Assembly: GCA_001917665.1 (NCBI GenBank)
Contig: MNEL01000018.1
Location: forward strand, 8,774-72,773
Source of the DNA: Gemmatimonadetes bacterium 13_1_40CM_69_22
GTDB lineage: Bacteria; Gemmatimonadota; Gemmatimonadetes; Gemmatimonadales; GWC2-71-9
DNA length: 64,000 bases
Direction: 5' to 3'
In this document: positions 27,235 through 35,017 of the stretch, piece after piece
Numbering within the stretch: position 1 is the stretch's first letter
Layout: each line of letters begins with the position of its first letter
Made by a program: the position numbers and the translations under genes
Notes under the pieces: model-generated
Databases searched by the model: none
Seen by the model: the letters and a program-made list of their open reading frames with translations, nothing else
What the model was told of the DNA's origin: nothing

Positions 27235-27748
27235 ACAGCGTCTCCCGCGCAGGCTGGGCCTTCTCCCCGCGCATGCGGGCCGCCGCCAGTTCCACCGCCT
27301 CGTAGATCTTGATGTATCCGGTGCAGCGGCACAGGTTGCCTGCCAGCGCCTGCTTGATCTGGTCGCGCGTCGGCCGCCGGTTCTCGGCGAGCAGCGCCCC
27401 GGCGGCGAGCAGGAACGCTGGGGTGCAGTAGCCGCACTGCGCCGCGCCCAGCTCGGCGAACGCGTCCTGGAGGGGATGCAGCCTGCCGCCCTCCGCCATC
27501 CCCTCGACCGTCTTCACCCGGCGCCCGGCGCACGCGAGGCCGAGCACCAGGCAGGAGAGCACCGGACGCGCATCCACGAGCACCGCGCAGGTGCCGCACT
27601 CGCCCAGCTCGCAGCCGTGCTTCGTGCCGGTGAGGCCCAGGTCCTCGCGCAGCACTTCGAGCAGCGTCTTGTGCGGTGCGAACGCGACCTCGACGGGCTC
27701 GCCGTTGAGCTCCAGCGCGATCTTCGCCTTGGCGTCGAGGGGAGGCAT
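27221..27748 (-). CDS. [2Fe-2S]-binding (small) subunit of the molybdoenzyme
   Basis: ORF trimmed to MPPLDAKAKIALELNGEPV. Plant-type cluster motif GCELGECGTCAVLVD and second cluster motif QCGYCTPAFL..CRCTGY. Confidence 0.9.
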   Translation of the reverse strand: MPPLDAKAKIALELNGEPVEVAFAPHKTLLEVLREDLGLTGTKHGCELGECGTCAVLVDARPVLSCLVLGLACAGRRVKTVEGMAEGGRLHPLQDAFAELGAAQCGYCTPAFLLAAGALLAENRRPTRDQIKQALAGNLCRCTGYIKIYEAVELAAARMRGEKAQPARETLYGYP

Positions 27749-27782
27749 GATTGGAAACGTAATCGTGTTGCCATCCGCACAC

Positions 27783-27822
27783 AAAAAAACGAAGCGCCCC
27801 GCGCACACACAGGAGCGCTTTG
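27783..27822 (-). terminator. intrinsic terminator downstream of the OM beta-barrel gene
   Basis: On the minus strand, a GC-rich dyad (AAGCGC...GCGCTT with an inner GCGC-GGG-GCGC) is followed by a T7 run (A7 at 27783-27789 on the plus strand). Confidence 0.6.
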
Positions 27823-27861
27823 CCGACCGGCGATCAGGCCCGCGTGGCTTACCTCAGGGCG

Positions 27862-28530
27862 TCACCGGCCGCGGCCCAAGGCTGTAACCGAGAGCCCCAT
27901 CGAGAAGACGAGATCGTTTTGCAGGGCGGAGCTGTACGTTCCGAAGACGACCCCGAGGGGGTATACCCAGGGAACCTTCTCCGTCCCGGAGAACGAGTAG
28001 ACGTAATCGTCGAGCTCGGCCCGCAGTGCGAAGGCGGACGCCAACCGCAAGCGACCGACCGCCCCGACCACAGGTCCCCAGCCGATGTTACCGGCTTCGC
28101 TGTGGTACGCCGCACCGCCGCGGGCGACGCGAGCCAGGCCGGCGGCGAGGGCGAAGGAGGTGGGTGAGGTTCGCGGCGTGAGGCCGACCAAGACCCGGGC
28201 GCTGCCTGTCACGATGTCGACCGTGCCGCTTTCATCCGTCGCGACCAGTCCTCCCGTCACACCACTCTTCGAGTAACCAAGGGAGAGGTCGAATCCCAGT
28301 TGCTCGCTTGTCCAGGCAGTGACGCGCGCGCCAACGACCGAAGCCCCGCGCTGTCTCACCTCTCCCCGGCTATCCCCCGGACAATACCCGGAGACCTGAA
28401 TGGCGCGAGCCGTCGGTATGTAGATCCCTCCGAAGGACGCAAACTCCACGCTCCGCTGCGCCACGCACGGCGCTGCTATCGCGAGCGTCGCGGCGCAAAG
28501 CGCGAAGCAGGAATGGATCGTTGCGCGCAT
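27862..28530 (-). CDS. small outer-membrane beta-barrel protein
   Basis: ORF trimmed to MRATIHSCFALCAATLAIAAPCVAQ (signal peptide). Alternating hydrophobic beta-strand pattern. Confidence 0.5.
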   Translation of the reverse strand: MRATIHSCFALCAATLAIAAPCVAQRSVEFASFGGIYIPTARAIQVSGYCPGDSRGEVRQRGASVVGARVTAWTSEQLGFDLSLGYSKSGVTGGLVATDESGTVDIVTGSARVLVGLTPRTSPTSFALAAGLARVARGGAAYHSEAGNIGWGPVVGAVGRLRLASAFALRAELDDYVYSFSGTEKVPWVYPLGVVFGTYSSALQNDLVFSMGLSVTALGRGR

Positions 28531-28741
28531 GGGCTCCCTCTCCGAACGAAGCACTGGGAGCGTCTCGGGATCGGGGTGGCGTCTGGACGAGGCGTCAGAG
28601 CGAGGAGAGACGCTGACTCAATACTCCGTGCAGGCTTGCGATCCGCAGTCAAGTGTGGCGTGGTGGCCACGACGCGGGGCTGTCTTGATAACCCAGCCGC
28701 GGGAGACCAGCTTTCCGCCTCCCGCGAACCCAGGACGGCCG

Positions 28742-29944
28742 ATGCCGAAGCGCGTTACCCTGGCCCTTCTAGTGCTCGTGGCCGCGCAGTCCCCCGGGTT
28801 GTCGGCCCAGGACTATCGGGCACGCGCTGTGGCGATTCTCAAGACGGTCCCCCTGATCGACGGCCACAACGATATCCCCGACGCCATCCGCGAGCGGGGC
28901 GGGCTAGACTCCGTTGACTTTGCCGTCGCCCAGCCCAAACTGATGACCGACATCCCGAAGCTTCGGGCCGGTGCAGTTGGCGGGCAGTTCTGGGCGGCCT
29001 ACGTTCCCGTCACCACGATGGATTCGGGGCCGCACCCGGCGGTGTACGCCCTCGAGCAGATCGACTTGATCAAGCTGCTGTGCGCGAAGTATCCCCGCGA
29101 CCTCGCGATGGCCTACAGCGCGGCGGACGTCGAGCGCAATTTCAAGGCCGGCAGGGTCTCGTGCCTCATCGGCATCGAGGGTGGGCATGCGATCGAGAAC
29201 TCGCTCGGCGCGCTGCGGATGTTCGCGGCCCTCGGCGTCCGCTATATGACGCTTACGCACTGGCGGAGCCTCTCGTGGGCGACCGCGTCCACCGACACGG
29301 CGCGGCGGGGCCTCTCGGCGTTCGGCCGTGACGTCGTGCACGAGATGAATCGACTCGGGATCCTGGTGGATCTCTCGCACGTGAACGATGGCACGATGTC
29401 CGATGCTCTCCACGCCGCGCACGCCCCCGTCATGTTTTCTCACTCTTCGGCGCGCGCGCTGACGCACCATTCGCGCGACGTCCCCGACTCGATTCTGCGG
29501 CTGGTGCCCGCAAACGGTGGAATCGTCATGGTGAATTTCAACCCGGGGTTCGTTTCGGAAGAGGTGCGCGTTTACGAGGACAGCATCGGACCCCGGACGC
29601 GTGCGCTGCGGGCCGCGGGGGCCGATTCGGCGGCGATCGGCGACTCGTTGACAGCGTGGCAAGCGCGCGCCCCGAAGGCCACCCTACCACAGGTGGCGGA
29701 TCACATCGACTACATCCGCCGCGTGATCGGGGTGGACCACGTGGGCCTGGGCTCGGACTTCGACGGCATCACCGAAGTGCCCGTGGGACTCGAGGACGTG
29801 TCGAAGTTTCCCGACCTGATCGCCGAGCTGCTGCGGCGAGGCTGGAGTGAGCCGGACGTCCAGAAGGTCGCGGGGCTGAACGCGCTGCGGGTGCTGCGAG
29901 CGGCGGAGCGGGTGGCAAGCGAGATGCGAGGCGCTAGACACTAG
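28742..29944 (+). CDS. membrane dipeptidase, peptidase family M19
   Basis: ORF 28529..29944 trimmed to MPKRVTLALLVLVAAQSPGLSAQ. Metal-binding motifs IDGHNDIP, GIEGGHAI, HSSARAL and GLGSDFDG. Confidence 0.9.
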   Translation: MPKRVTLALLVLVAAQSPGLSAQDYRARAVAILKTVPLIDGHNDIPDAIRERGGLDSVDFAVAQPKLMTDIPKLRAGAVGGQFWAAYVPVTTMDSGPHPAVYALEQIDLIKLLCAKYPRDLAMAYSAADVERNFKAGRVSCLIGIEGGHAIENSLGALRMFAALGVRYMTLTHWRSLSWATASTDTARRGLSAFGRDVVHEMNRLGILVDLSHVNDGTMSDALHAAHAPVMFSHSSARALTHHSRDVPDSILRLVPANGGIVMVNFNPGFVSEEVRVYEDSIGPRTRALRAAGADSAAIGDSLTAWQARAPKATLPQVADHIDYIRRVIGVDHVGLGSDFDGITEVPVGLEDVSKFPDLIAELLRRGWSEPDVQKVAGLNALRVLRAAERVASEMRGARH

Positions 29945-29946
29945 GC

Positions 29947-30065
29947 TAGACGGATAGACGGATAGACGGGTCGCGGTTGCGAGGAGGAGGCGTCAGGTAG
30001 GCCTACCTCACGCCGGACCGCTGCCAACCGCTACGCGTCTACCCGTCTACCCGTCTACCCGTCTG
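29947..30065. repeat. palindromic element: (TAGACGGR)x3 ... spacer ... (YCCGTCTA)x4
   Basis: Tandem 8-mers at 29947-29970 and their reverse complement at 30034-30065. The spacer contains the palindrome GGTAGGCCTACC (29996-30007). Located between convergent genes. Confidence 0.85.
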
Positions 30066-31466
30066 GCCTTTCGCCGCCTCAAACCCCTTTCTGGTCATCT
30101 CCCCCCACACCTGCCGCTGTTGCCACACCGTGAGGAATGCCTTGAGCCGCCACCACACCGTCCGCTGTCGATAGCCGAAATTCTCCAGCGTCGCGAAGAG
30201 CAGGAGGCGCGCCAAGTCTCCCACCCGCCCGTACCGTCGGAAACTCACCTCCTCGAGCACCACCGCCCAGATCGACAGCAGCATCCCGTAGCCCCATGCG
30301 ACGAGCACAAACAGCAGTGCGAATTGCACGTTCACGATGCCGAGGGCGAAGCCGACGACGGTGATGACATAGCCCAGCACTTCGACCAGCGGCGCGAGGG
30401 CCTCGCCGAAGGTGTAGAACGGCACGCCGATCAGCCCGACCCGTCCGTAGCGCGGGTTGAACAGCATCCCCTTGTACTGCCACATCGCCGAGAGCAGCCC
30501 GCGGTGCCAGCGCTCCCGCTGGCGCGCGAGAAACCTCCCCACCTCGGGAACCTCGGTCCACGCAACGGGATCGGGGATGAACGGCATCTCGTAGGGGATG
30601 CGGTGGCGCAGCAGGTGCCGGTGCAGCCGCACCACGACGTCCATGTCCTCGACGACACTCTCGGTGCGGTAGCCGCCGATGGCGAGCAGGTAGTCCTTGC
30701 GGAACAAGCCGAACGCGCCGGAGATGATGAGGTTCCCGCCCAGCCGATTCCAGCCGAGTCGCCCGAACAGGAAGGCGCGCAGGTACTCGACCACCTGGAC
30801 GCCCGGGAGGAAGCGACGCGGCACACGCGCGTCCGTCACGCGGCCGTGCTCCACCGTGCAGCTGTTCGCCACCCGGACGGTGCCGCCGACCGCGGCGATG
30901 TGGCGCCCCAGGAGGAACGGCCGCGTGAGGCGGAGCATGGCGTCCGGCTCGATCAGGGTGTCCGCGTCCACGGCGATTACCAGCGGGAATCGGCTCGCGT
31001 TGATGGCGGCGTTGAGCGAGTCGGCCTTGCCGCCGTTCTCCTTGTCTACGACCAGCAGCCGCGTGCGGGCGCGCGAGCGGTACAGCGCACGCAGCGGCCG
31101 CGTGGGGATGGTCTCGGGGTAGGTGCGCGGCGCCTCGAACAGGTCGAAGGCCGCGCGCAGGCGGTCCAAGGTATCGTCCCGCGAGCCGTCGTTCACCACG
31201 ATCACCTCGAAGTTGCGGTATTCGAGCGTAAGCAGCGCGGTCACGCTGGCGACGACGGTGGCGCTCTCGTTGTAGGCGGGAACCAGCAGCGTGATCGGGG
31301 GGAGGGCGTCGCTCTGCATGATGCGCTGGAAGTCGTCGTCGTCGGCGAGGCGGGTCTGCTCCCAGATCTCTGGAATCGAGAGGATCATTAAGACGGCGTA
31401 GAACGAGTTGAGCGCCAGGAAGTAGACCAGGATGCCTTGGTCCGAGACGTGGATGAGCTCCCTCAC
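30039..31466 (-). CDS. processive family-2 glycosyltransferase (PgaC/cellulose-synthase-like exopolysaccharide synthase)
   Basis: The GTG start overlaps the upstream stop (GTGA). Motifs VPAYNES, VVNDGSRDDT, AVDADT and the processive-synthase motif QRERWHRG, with N- and C-terminal TM helices. Confidence 0.9.
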   Translation of the reverse strand: MRELIHVSDQGILVYFLALNSFYAVLMILSIPEIWEQTRLADDDDFQRIMQSDALPPITLLVPAYNESATVVASVTALLTLEYRNFEVIVVNDGSRDDTLDRLRAAFDLFEAPRTYPETIPTRPLRALYRSRARTRLLVVDKENGGKADSLNAAINASRFPLVIAVDADTLIEPDAMLRLTRPFLLGRHIAAVGGTVRVANSCTVEHGRVTDARVPRRFLPGVQVVEYLRAFLFGRLGWNRLGGNLIISGAFGLFRKDYLLAIGGYRTESVVEDMDVVVRLHRHLLRHRIPYEMPFIPDPVAWTEVPEVGRFLARQRERWHRGLLSAMWQYKGMLFNPRYGRVGLIGVPFYTFGEALAPLVEVLGYVITVVGFALGIVNVQFALLFVLVAWGYGMLLSIWAVVLEEVSFRRYGRVGDLARLLLFATLENFGYRQRTVWWRLKAFLTVWQQRQVWGEMTRKGFEAAKGQTGRRVDG

Positions 31467-32524
31467 GCGGCGTACTCCGCCAGCGCCTGTGTCGACAGGC
31501 CGAGGACGAGCCGGGCCATGTCGCGGGGGCCGGCCGCCCCGCCGACTTCCGCTTCGAGCAGCAGCTTGCGGCCCGGGGCGCCGAAGCGCGTGAGCGCGAG
31601 GCCCGCGCGCAGCCGTACCCACCACTCGGGATCGTGCAAAGCGTCCCGGACGAGCGGGAGCGTCGCGGGATCGGCGATCATCCCGAGCGAGCGCACCGCC
31701 TGGGCGCGCACCGGCCAGGCGGGATCGGCGGCGAGCCGGGTGAGCGCCGCGATCGAGTCGGTGTGCGGAAAGCTCCCGATGGCGCGCGCCGCCTGTACGC
31801 GCACCTCGGGATCCGGGTGGCCGGTGAGGGCGGTGAGGCGCTCCCGGAGGGCCGGTTCATTGAGCCGGGCGGCGAACTCGACCAGCCGTGGCAGCGCGGG
31901 GTCATCGGTGCGGCGCAGCATCTTGAGGAGCAGTTGCACCACCAGGGGGCGCGAGCGCCGCAGCATGCCGGCGTAATAGGCGCTCACCGTCGCCGCGAGG
32001 CGGGGCAGCCGCTCGAGGGCGACGGTCGTGAGGGCGGCGCTCTCGACGCGCTCGAGCGTCGCCACGGCGGCGATGTGGACCGCGGGGTGTGGGTCACGCA
32101 GCAGCCTCAATACGCGCGGCGTGTCCTCCGGCGTCGCCGCGACGGCGAGGAAGCGGGCGGTCTGGAGCCGCTGCCACCAGCGGGCCGAGTCGCTGTTGGC
32201 CCGCACGAGCCGTGCCCACCAGTGATAGCGTAGCGCCGTGGCGAGCTTGCGCCAGCGGTCGCCGGGCACACGCACCGACCACATCACCAGCGCGTCGACC
32301 GCGAGCGGCACGGGGAGGCGCGCCAGCCGGAGCAACACGGAGGCCACGTCCGCGGTGCCGAGCGCCCAGCGCTGCATCGCGTCGTTGAGCTGGATGACCC
32401 GGGGGTGCACCTGCGCGCGGCGCCGCAGCCGGAACCAGCGGTTGAGGATGATCAGCACGATGAGTGCCGCGAGCAGGACGCCCTGCACCAGGGCCACGAC
32501 GGTCAGGAAGTGGCGACCGGTCAC
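31463..32524 (-). CDS. membrane-anchored HEAT/PBS-lyase-repeat protein
   Basis: The GTG start (VTGRHFLTVVALVQGVLLAALIVLIIL) overlaps the upstream stop. Repeated HPDPEVRVQAARAIG / DPAWPVRAQAVRSLG / DPEWWVRLRAGLAL units. Confidence 0.7.
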   Translation of the reverse strand: MTGRHFLTVVALVQGVLLAALIVLIILNRWFRLRRRAQVHPRVIQLNDAMQRWALGTADVASVLLRLARLPVPLAVDALVMWSVRVPGDRWRKLATALRYHWWARLVRANSDSARWWQRLQTARFLAVAATPEDTPRVLRLLRDPHPAVHIAAVATLERVESAALTTVALERLPRLAATVSAYYAGMLRRSRPLVVQLLLKMLRRTDDPALPRLVEFAARLNEPALRERLTALTGHPDPEVRVQAARAIGSFPHTDSIAALTRLAADPAWPVRAQAVRSLGMIADPATLPLVRDALHDPEWWVRLRAGLALTRFGAPGRKLLLEAEVGGAAGPRDMARLVLGLSTQALAEYAA

Positions 32525-33291
32525 CTCCCCACCCAGCGACGGATCTTCTCGAGCGCGACGCGCAGGCTGATCGGCTTCACGAGGTAATCGAGCGCGCCTG
32601 CCTCGAGACCCCGCAGCTGCTCGCCCTCGTCGCCGTGCACGGTGGTGAAGACGACCCGGTAGACGCCCGGCCGCTCCCGGCCGAGCGCCTCGAAGATCGA
32701 GTACCCGTCGAGCCCCGGCAGGTCCACGTCGAGCAGTAACAGCGGGTGCGCCCCTCCTGTTGCGAGCGCCAGCAGGTCGGTGAGCGCCTCGCGCCCGTTG
32801 CGGTAGCTCGCGAATCGGTAGGCGCGCGAGCGCAGCCCGTACTCGAGCAGCTCGGCGAGGGCCGGATCGTCCTCTACCACGATGACGTCGGGCACGTCGA
32901 GCCGGTCGGCCTGGAGGATGGGAGTGCTGAGACGCTCGGCGCGCGGCGTGGCGGGCACGTCGAGTCGCATGATCTCGGCGAGCCGCGCCACGAACCAGCG
33001 TGTGAGCGAGCCCCGCTCCACGTCGCTGTCGCCCGGGCGCGAGAGCCAGTCTTTCGCCGTCGCCTCCATGCCGGCGGCGAGCCGCGACGCGTTCCAAAAG
33101 CCGAAGGACCCGGCGGAGCCGTGGATCTTGTGGGTCTCGCGGCGCAGCTGCTCCAGCGCCTCGCGGTCGCCGCCGTCGGCGTCGAGGTGATCGGCGACCG
33201 CGGCGAGCTCGCCGAGCTGGCCGCGCATCCCCTCGAGATAGTCCTCGAGCAGCCCGGGCGGGAGCTCGGGCGTGGTGGCGTCGCCGGTCAT
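32521..33291 (-). CDS. Hpt-REC fusion protein (phosphotransfer domain plus receiver, no output domain)
   Basis: Hpt motif HKIHGSAGSFG. The receiver has VIVVEDD, LLLLDVDLPGLDG, FTTV and VKP, so all phospho-acceptor pocket residues are present. Confidence 0.8.
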   Translation of the reverse strand: MTGDATTPELPPGLLEDYLEGMRGQLGELAAVADHLDADGGDREALEQLRRETHKIHGSAGSFGFWNASRLAAGMEATAKDWLSRPGDSDVERGSLTRWFVARLAEIMRLDVPATPRAERLSTPILQADRLDVPDVIVVEDDPALAELLEYGLRSRAYRFASYRNGREALTDLLALATGGAHPLLLLDVDLPGLDGYSIFEALGRERPGVYRVVFTTVHGDEGEQLRGLEAGALDYLVKPISLRVALEKIRRWVGR

Positions 33292-33404
33292 GGGATACCA
33301 AAATGGGAAATCCCGCAGGGAACGCCATAGCGCCGCGCCGGCGACGGTTGCGCGCGCGCGGCCCCGCGTGATATTGGGTGAGCGTGGCCCTTCCGGAGGG
33401 AACG

Positions 33405-34367
33405 ATGAGACGAGCCATCAACGAGCGCATCGCGCGCGGGGCGGTCGGCGGCCTGCTCGCGGGACTGACCGTCGCCCTGTGGTTTCTCGTGGTCGACTCG
33501 CTGGCGGGCCGACCGTTCCACACACCTGCGGTGTTGGCGGGCGCGCTCGCGCGCCAGGACATCGCGGCACCGACGTTCCGGATCGTGGCGGCCTACACGG
33601 TGGTGCACTTCGCGGTGTTTGCGCTGCTCGGGGTCGCGATGGCCGCAGCGATCGGGACACTGCGGTTGCCTCCGCGGCTGCTGCTCGCGGTGCCGTTCGG
33701 TCTCGTGGCGCAGGAGCTGGTGTTCTATGCGGGCCTGCTGCTCAGCGGCACGCCGCGCGTGGCCGTGGTCCCGTGGCCGCACGTCGTCCTCGCGAACGTG
33801 CTGTCGGGGTGCGTCCTCATGTGGTACCTCCACCGCGCCCAGCCGGACGAGGGCGCGCTGGGGCTCGCCGCCCTCAAGGGGCACCCGCTGCTCGCGCGGG
33901 GCCTCGTGACGGGGCTGATCGGCGCCGGCGTCGTCGCCGTGTGGTTCTTCCTGCTCGATGTCGCTGCCGGCCACCCGCTCCGCACGCCGGCCGCACTCGG
34001 CGCGGCGCTGCTGTTCGGCGCGTCCAACGTCGGGGAGATCCAGCCCAACCTCGGCGTGGTCGCGGCCTACACCGTCGTGCACGTCGCGGCGTTCGCGGTC
34101 ACGGGGACGCTGTTCGTCGCGGTCGCCGAGCAGATCGAGCGCGCCCCGGCGTTCGTGTTACTCGCCGGCATGGCCGCGATCGTGCTGGAGGCGGTGGCGG
34201 TCGCCGCGCTGGCGCTCGGTGCGCAGTGGGTGCTCGGCACGCTCGGCACGTGGTCGGTGCTCGTCGCCAATGTGCTGGCGGTGACGGCGATGGGGTGGTA
34301 CGTGTGGGAGACGCACCCGTTGTTGCGACACCGGCTCACCCACGAGACGATCCGCGTGCACACGTGA
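33405..34367 (+). CDS. polytopic membrane protein built from an internal duplication
   Basis: ATG preceded by GGAGGG. The two halves share RG.VGGLLAGLTVALWFLVVDSLAGRPFHTPAVLAGAL..AAYTVVHFAVFA and RGLVTGLIGAGVVAVWFFLLDVAAGHPLRTPAALGAAL..AAYTVVHVAAFA. Confidence 0.6.
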   Translation: MRRAINERIARGAVGGLLAGLTVALWFLVVDSLAGRPFHTPAVLAGALARQDIAAPTFRIVAAYTVVHFAVFALLGVAMAAAIGTLRLPPRLLLAVPFGLVAQELVFYAGLLLSGTPRVAVVPWPHVVLANVLSGCVLMWYLHRAQPDEGALGLAALKGHPLLARGLVTGLIGAGVVAVWFFLLDVAAGHPLRTPAALGAALLFGASNVGEIQPNLGVVAAYTVVHVAAFAVTGTLFVAVAEQIERAPAFVLLAGMAAIVLEAVAVAALALGAQWVLGTLGTWSVLVANVLAVTAMGWYVWETHPLLRHRLTHETIRVHT

Positions 34368-34408
34368 GGCGCGATCAACTGTCGTCCGCACCTACGGCTC
34401 TGCCGGAA

Positions 34409-34436
34409 GGCTGACGGCTGAAGGCTGATGGCTGAC
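34409..34436. repeat. tandem heptamer (GGCTGAN)x4 spanning a start codon
   Basis: GGCTGAC GGCTGAA GGCTGAT GGCTGAC. The ATG of the 34428 gene is formed across units 3 and 4. Confidence 0.8.
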
Positions 34437-34880
34437 GTCGCCGACGCCGTCGGCCTGTGCTTCACCTGCCGCTGGATGCGGGCGGCCGGCAACCAGCGGG
34501 GCTCGACCTTCTTTCGGTGCACCCGCGCCGACACGGATCCGCGGTTCGTGCGCTACCCGCCGCTCCCCATGCGCACGTGCCCGGGCTACGAGGAAGCAAT
34601 GCTGTTCGTCGTCCTGCTCCACTACACCAAGCCGCTCGACGCCGTGGACGCCGTGCGGGCTGACCACCTGCGACACCTCGAGACCCACGCCGCACGCGGC
34701 GTGTTCCACGCCTGGGCGCGGCGTGACCCGGCGGCGGGGGGCGTGTTGCTCGCCACGGCGCCGGACCGCGCCGCACTGGAAGCGGTGGTCGCCCAAGACC
34801 CGTACGTTACGGCGGGTGTGGCGCGCGCCGAGATCGTCGCGTTCCAGCCGACCAACGTGCGCGGGGCGCTGAAGCAGTAG
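34428..34880 (+). CDS. fusion of a small four-Cys domain with a YciI-like domain
   Basis: N-terminal ~55 aa LCFTCRW...FFRCTRAD...MRTCPGYE, followed by a YCII-like alpha/beta domain MLFVVLLHYTKPLDAVDAVRADHLRHLE...DPYVTAGV. Confidence 0.6.
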   Translation: MADVADAVGLCFTCRWMRAAGNQRGSTFFRCTRADTDPRFVRYPPLPMRTCPGYEEAMLFVVLLHYTKPLDAVDAVRADHLRHLETHAARGVFHAWARRDPAAGGVLLATAPDRAALEAVVAQDPYVTAGVARAEIVAFQPTNVRGALKQ

Positions 34881-35017
34881 CGGCTAACTCGCCGTTGTGC
34901 CGATACCTACACGGCCCGCGCCGGCGCGCTGTGCGCCCCGCTATTGCGCCGCGCCGCCGAGCTTCTACCTTGTGTCCCGCGCCCCCCTGACAATTTTTCG
35001 ACGACGCGAGGTCCCCC

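Noticed and set aside
25144-27312. 722-aa ORF on the plus strand
   Set aside because: Antisense shadow of the molybdopterin subunit gene, with low-complexity R/G/D/A composition.
29947-30065. Could the short repeat arrays (here and at 38563 and 44418) be CRISPR arrays?
   Set aside because: The units are only 7-8 nt and directly abut one another without spacers. The arrays are inverted pairs, and no cas genes are present.
32525-33562. N-terminal 345 aa of the 699-aa ORF 31463..33562
   Set aside because: This part is an out-of-frame overlap with the Hpt-REC gene and is Arg-rich nonsense. The HEAT protein most plausibly starts at the GTG at 32524, which overlaps the upstream stop.
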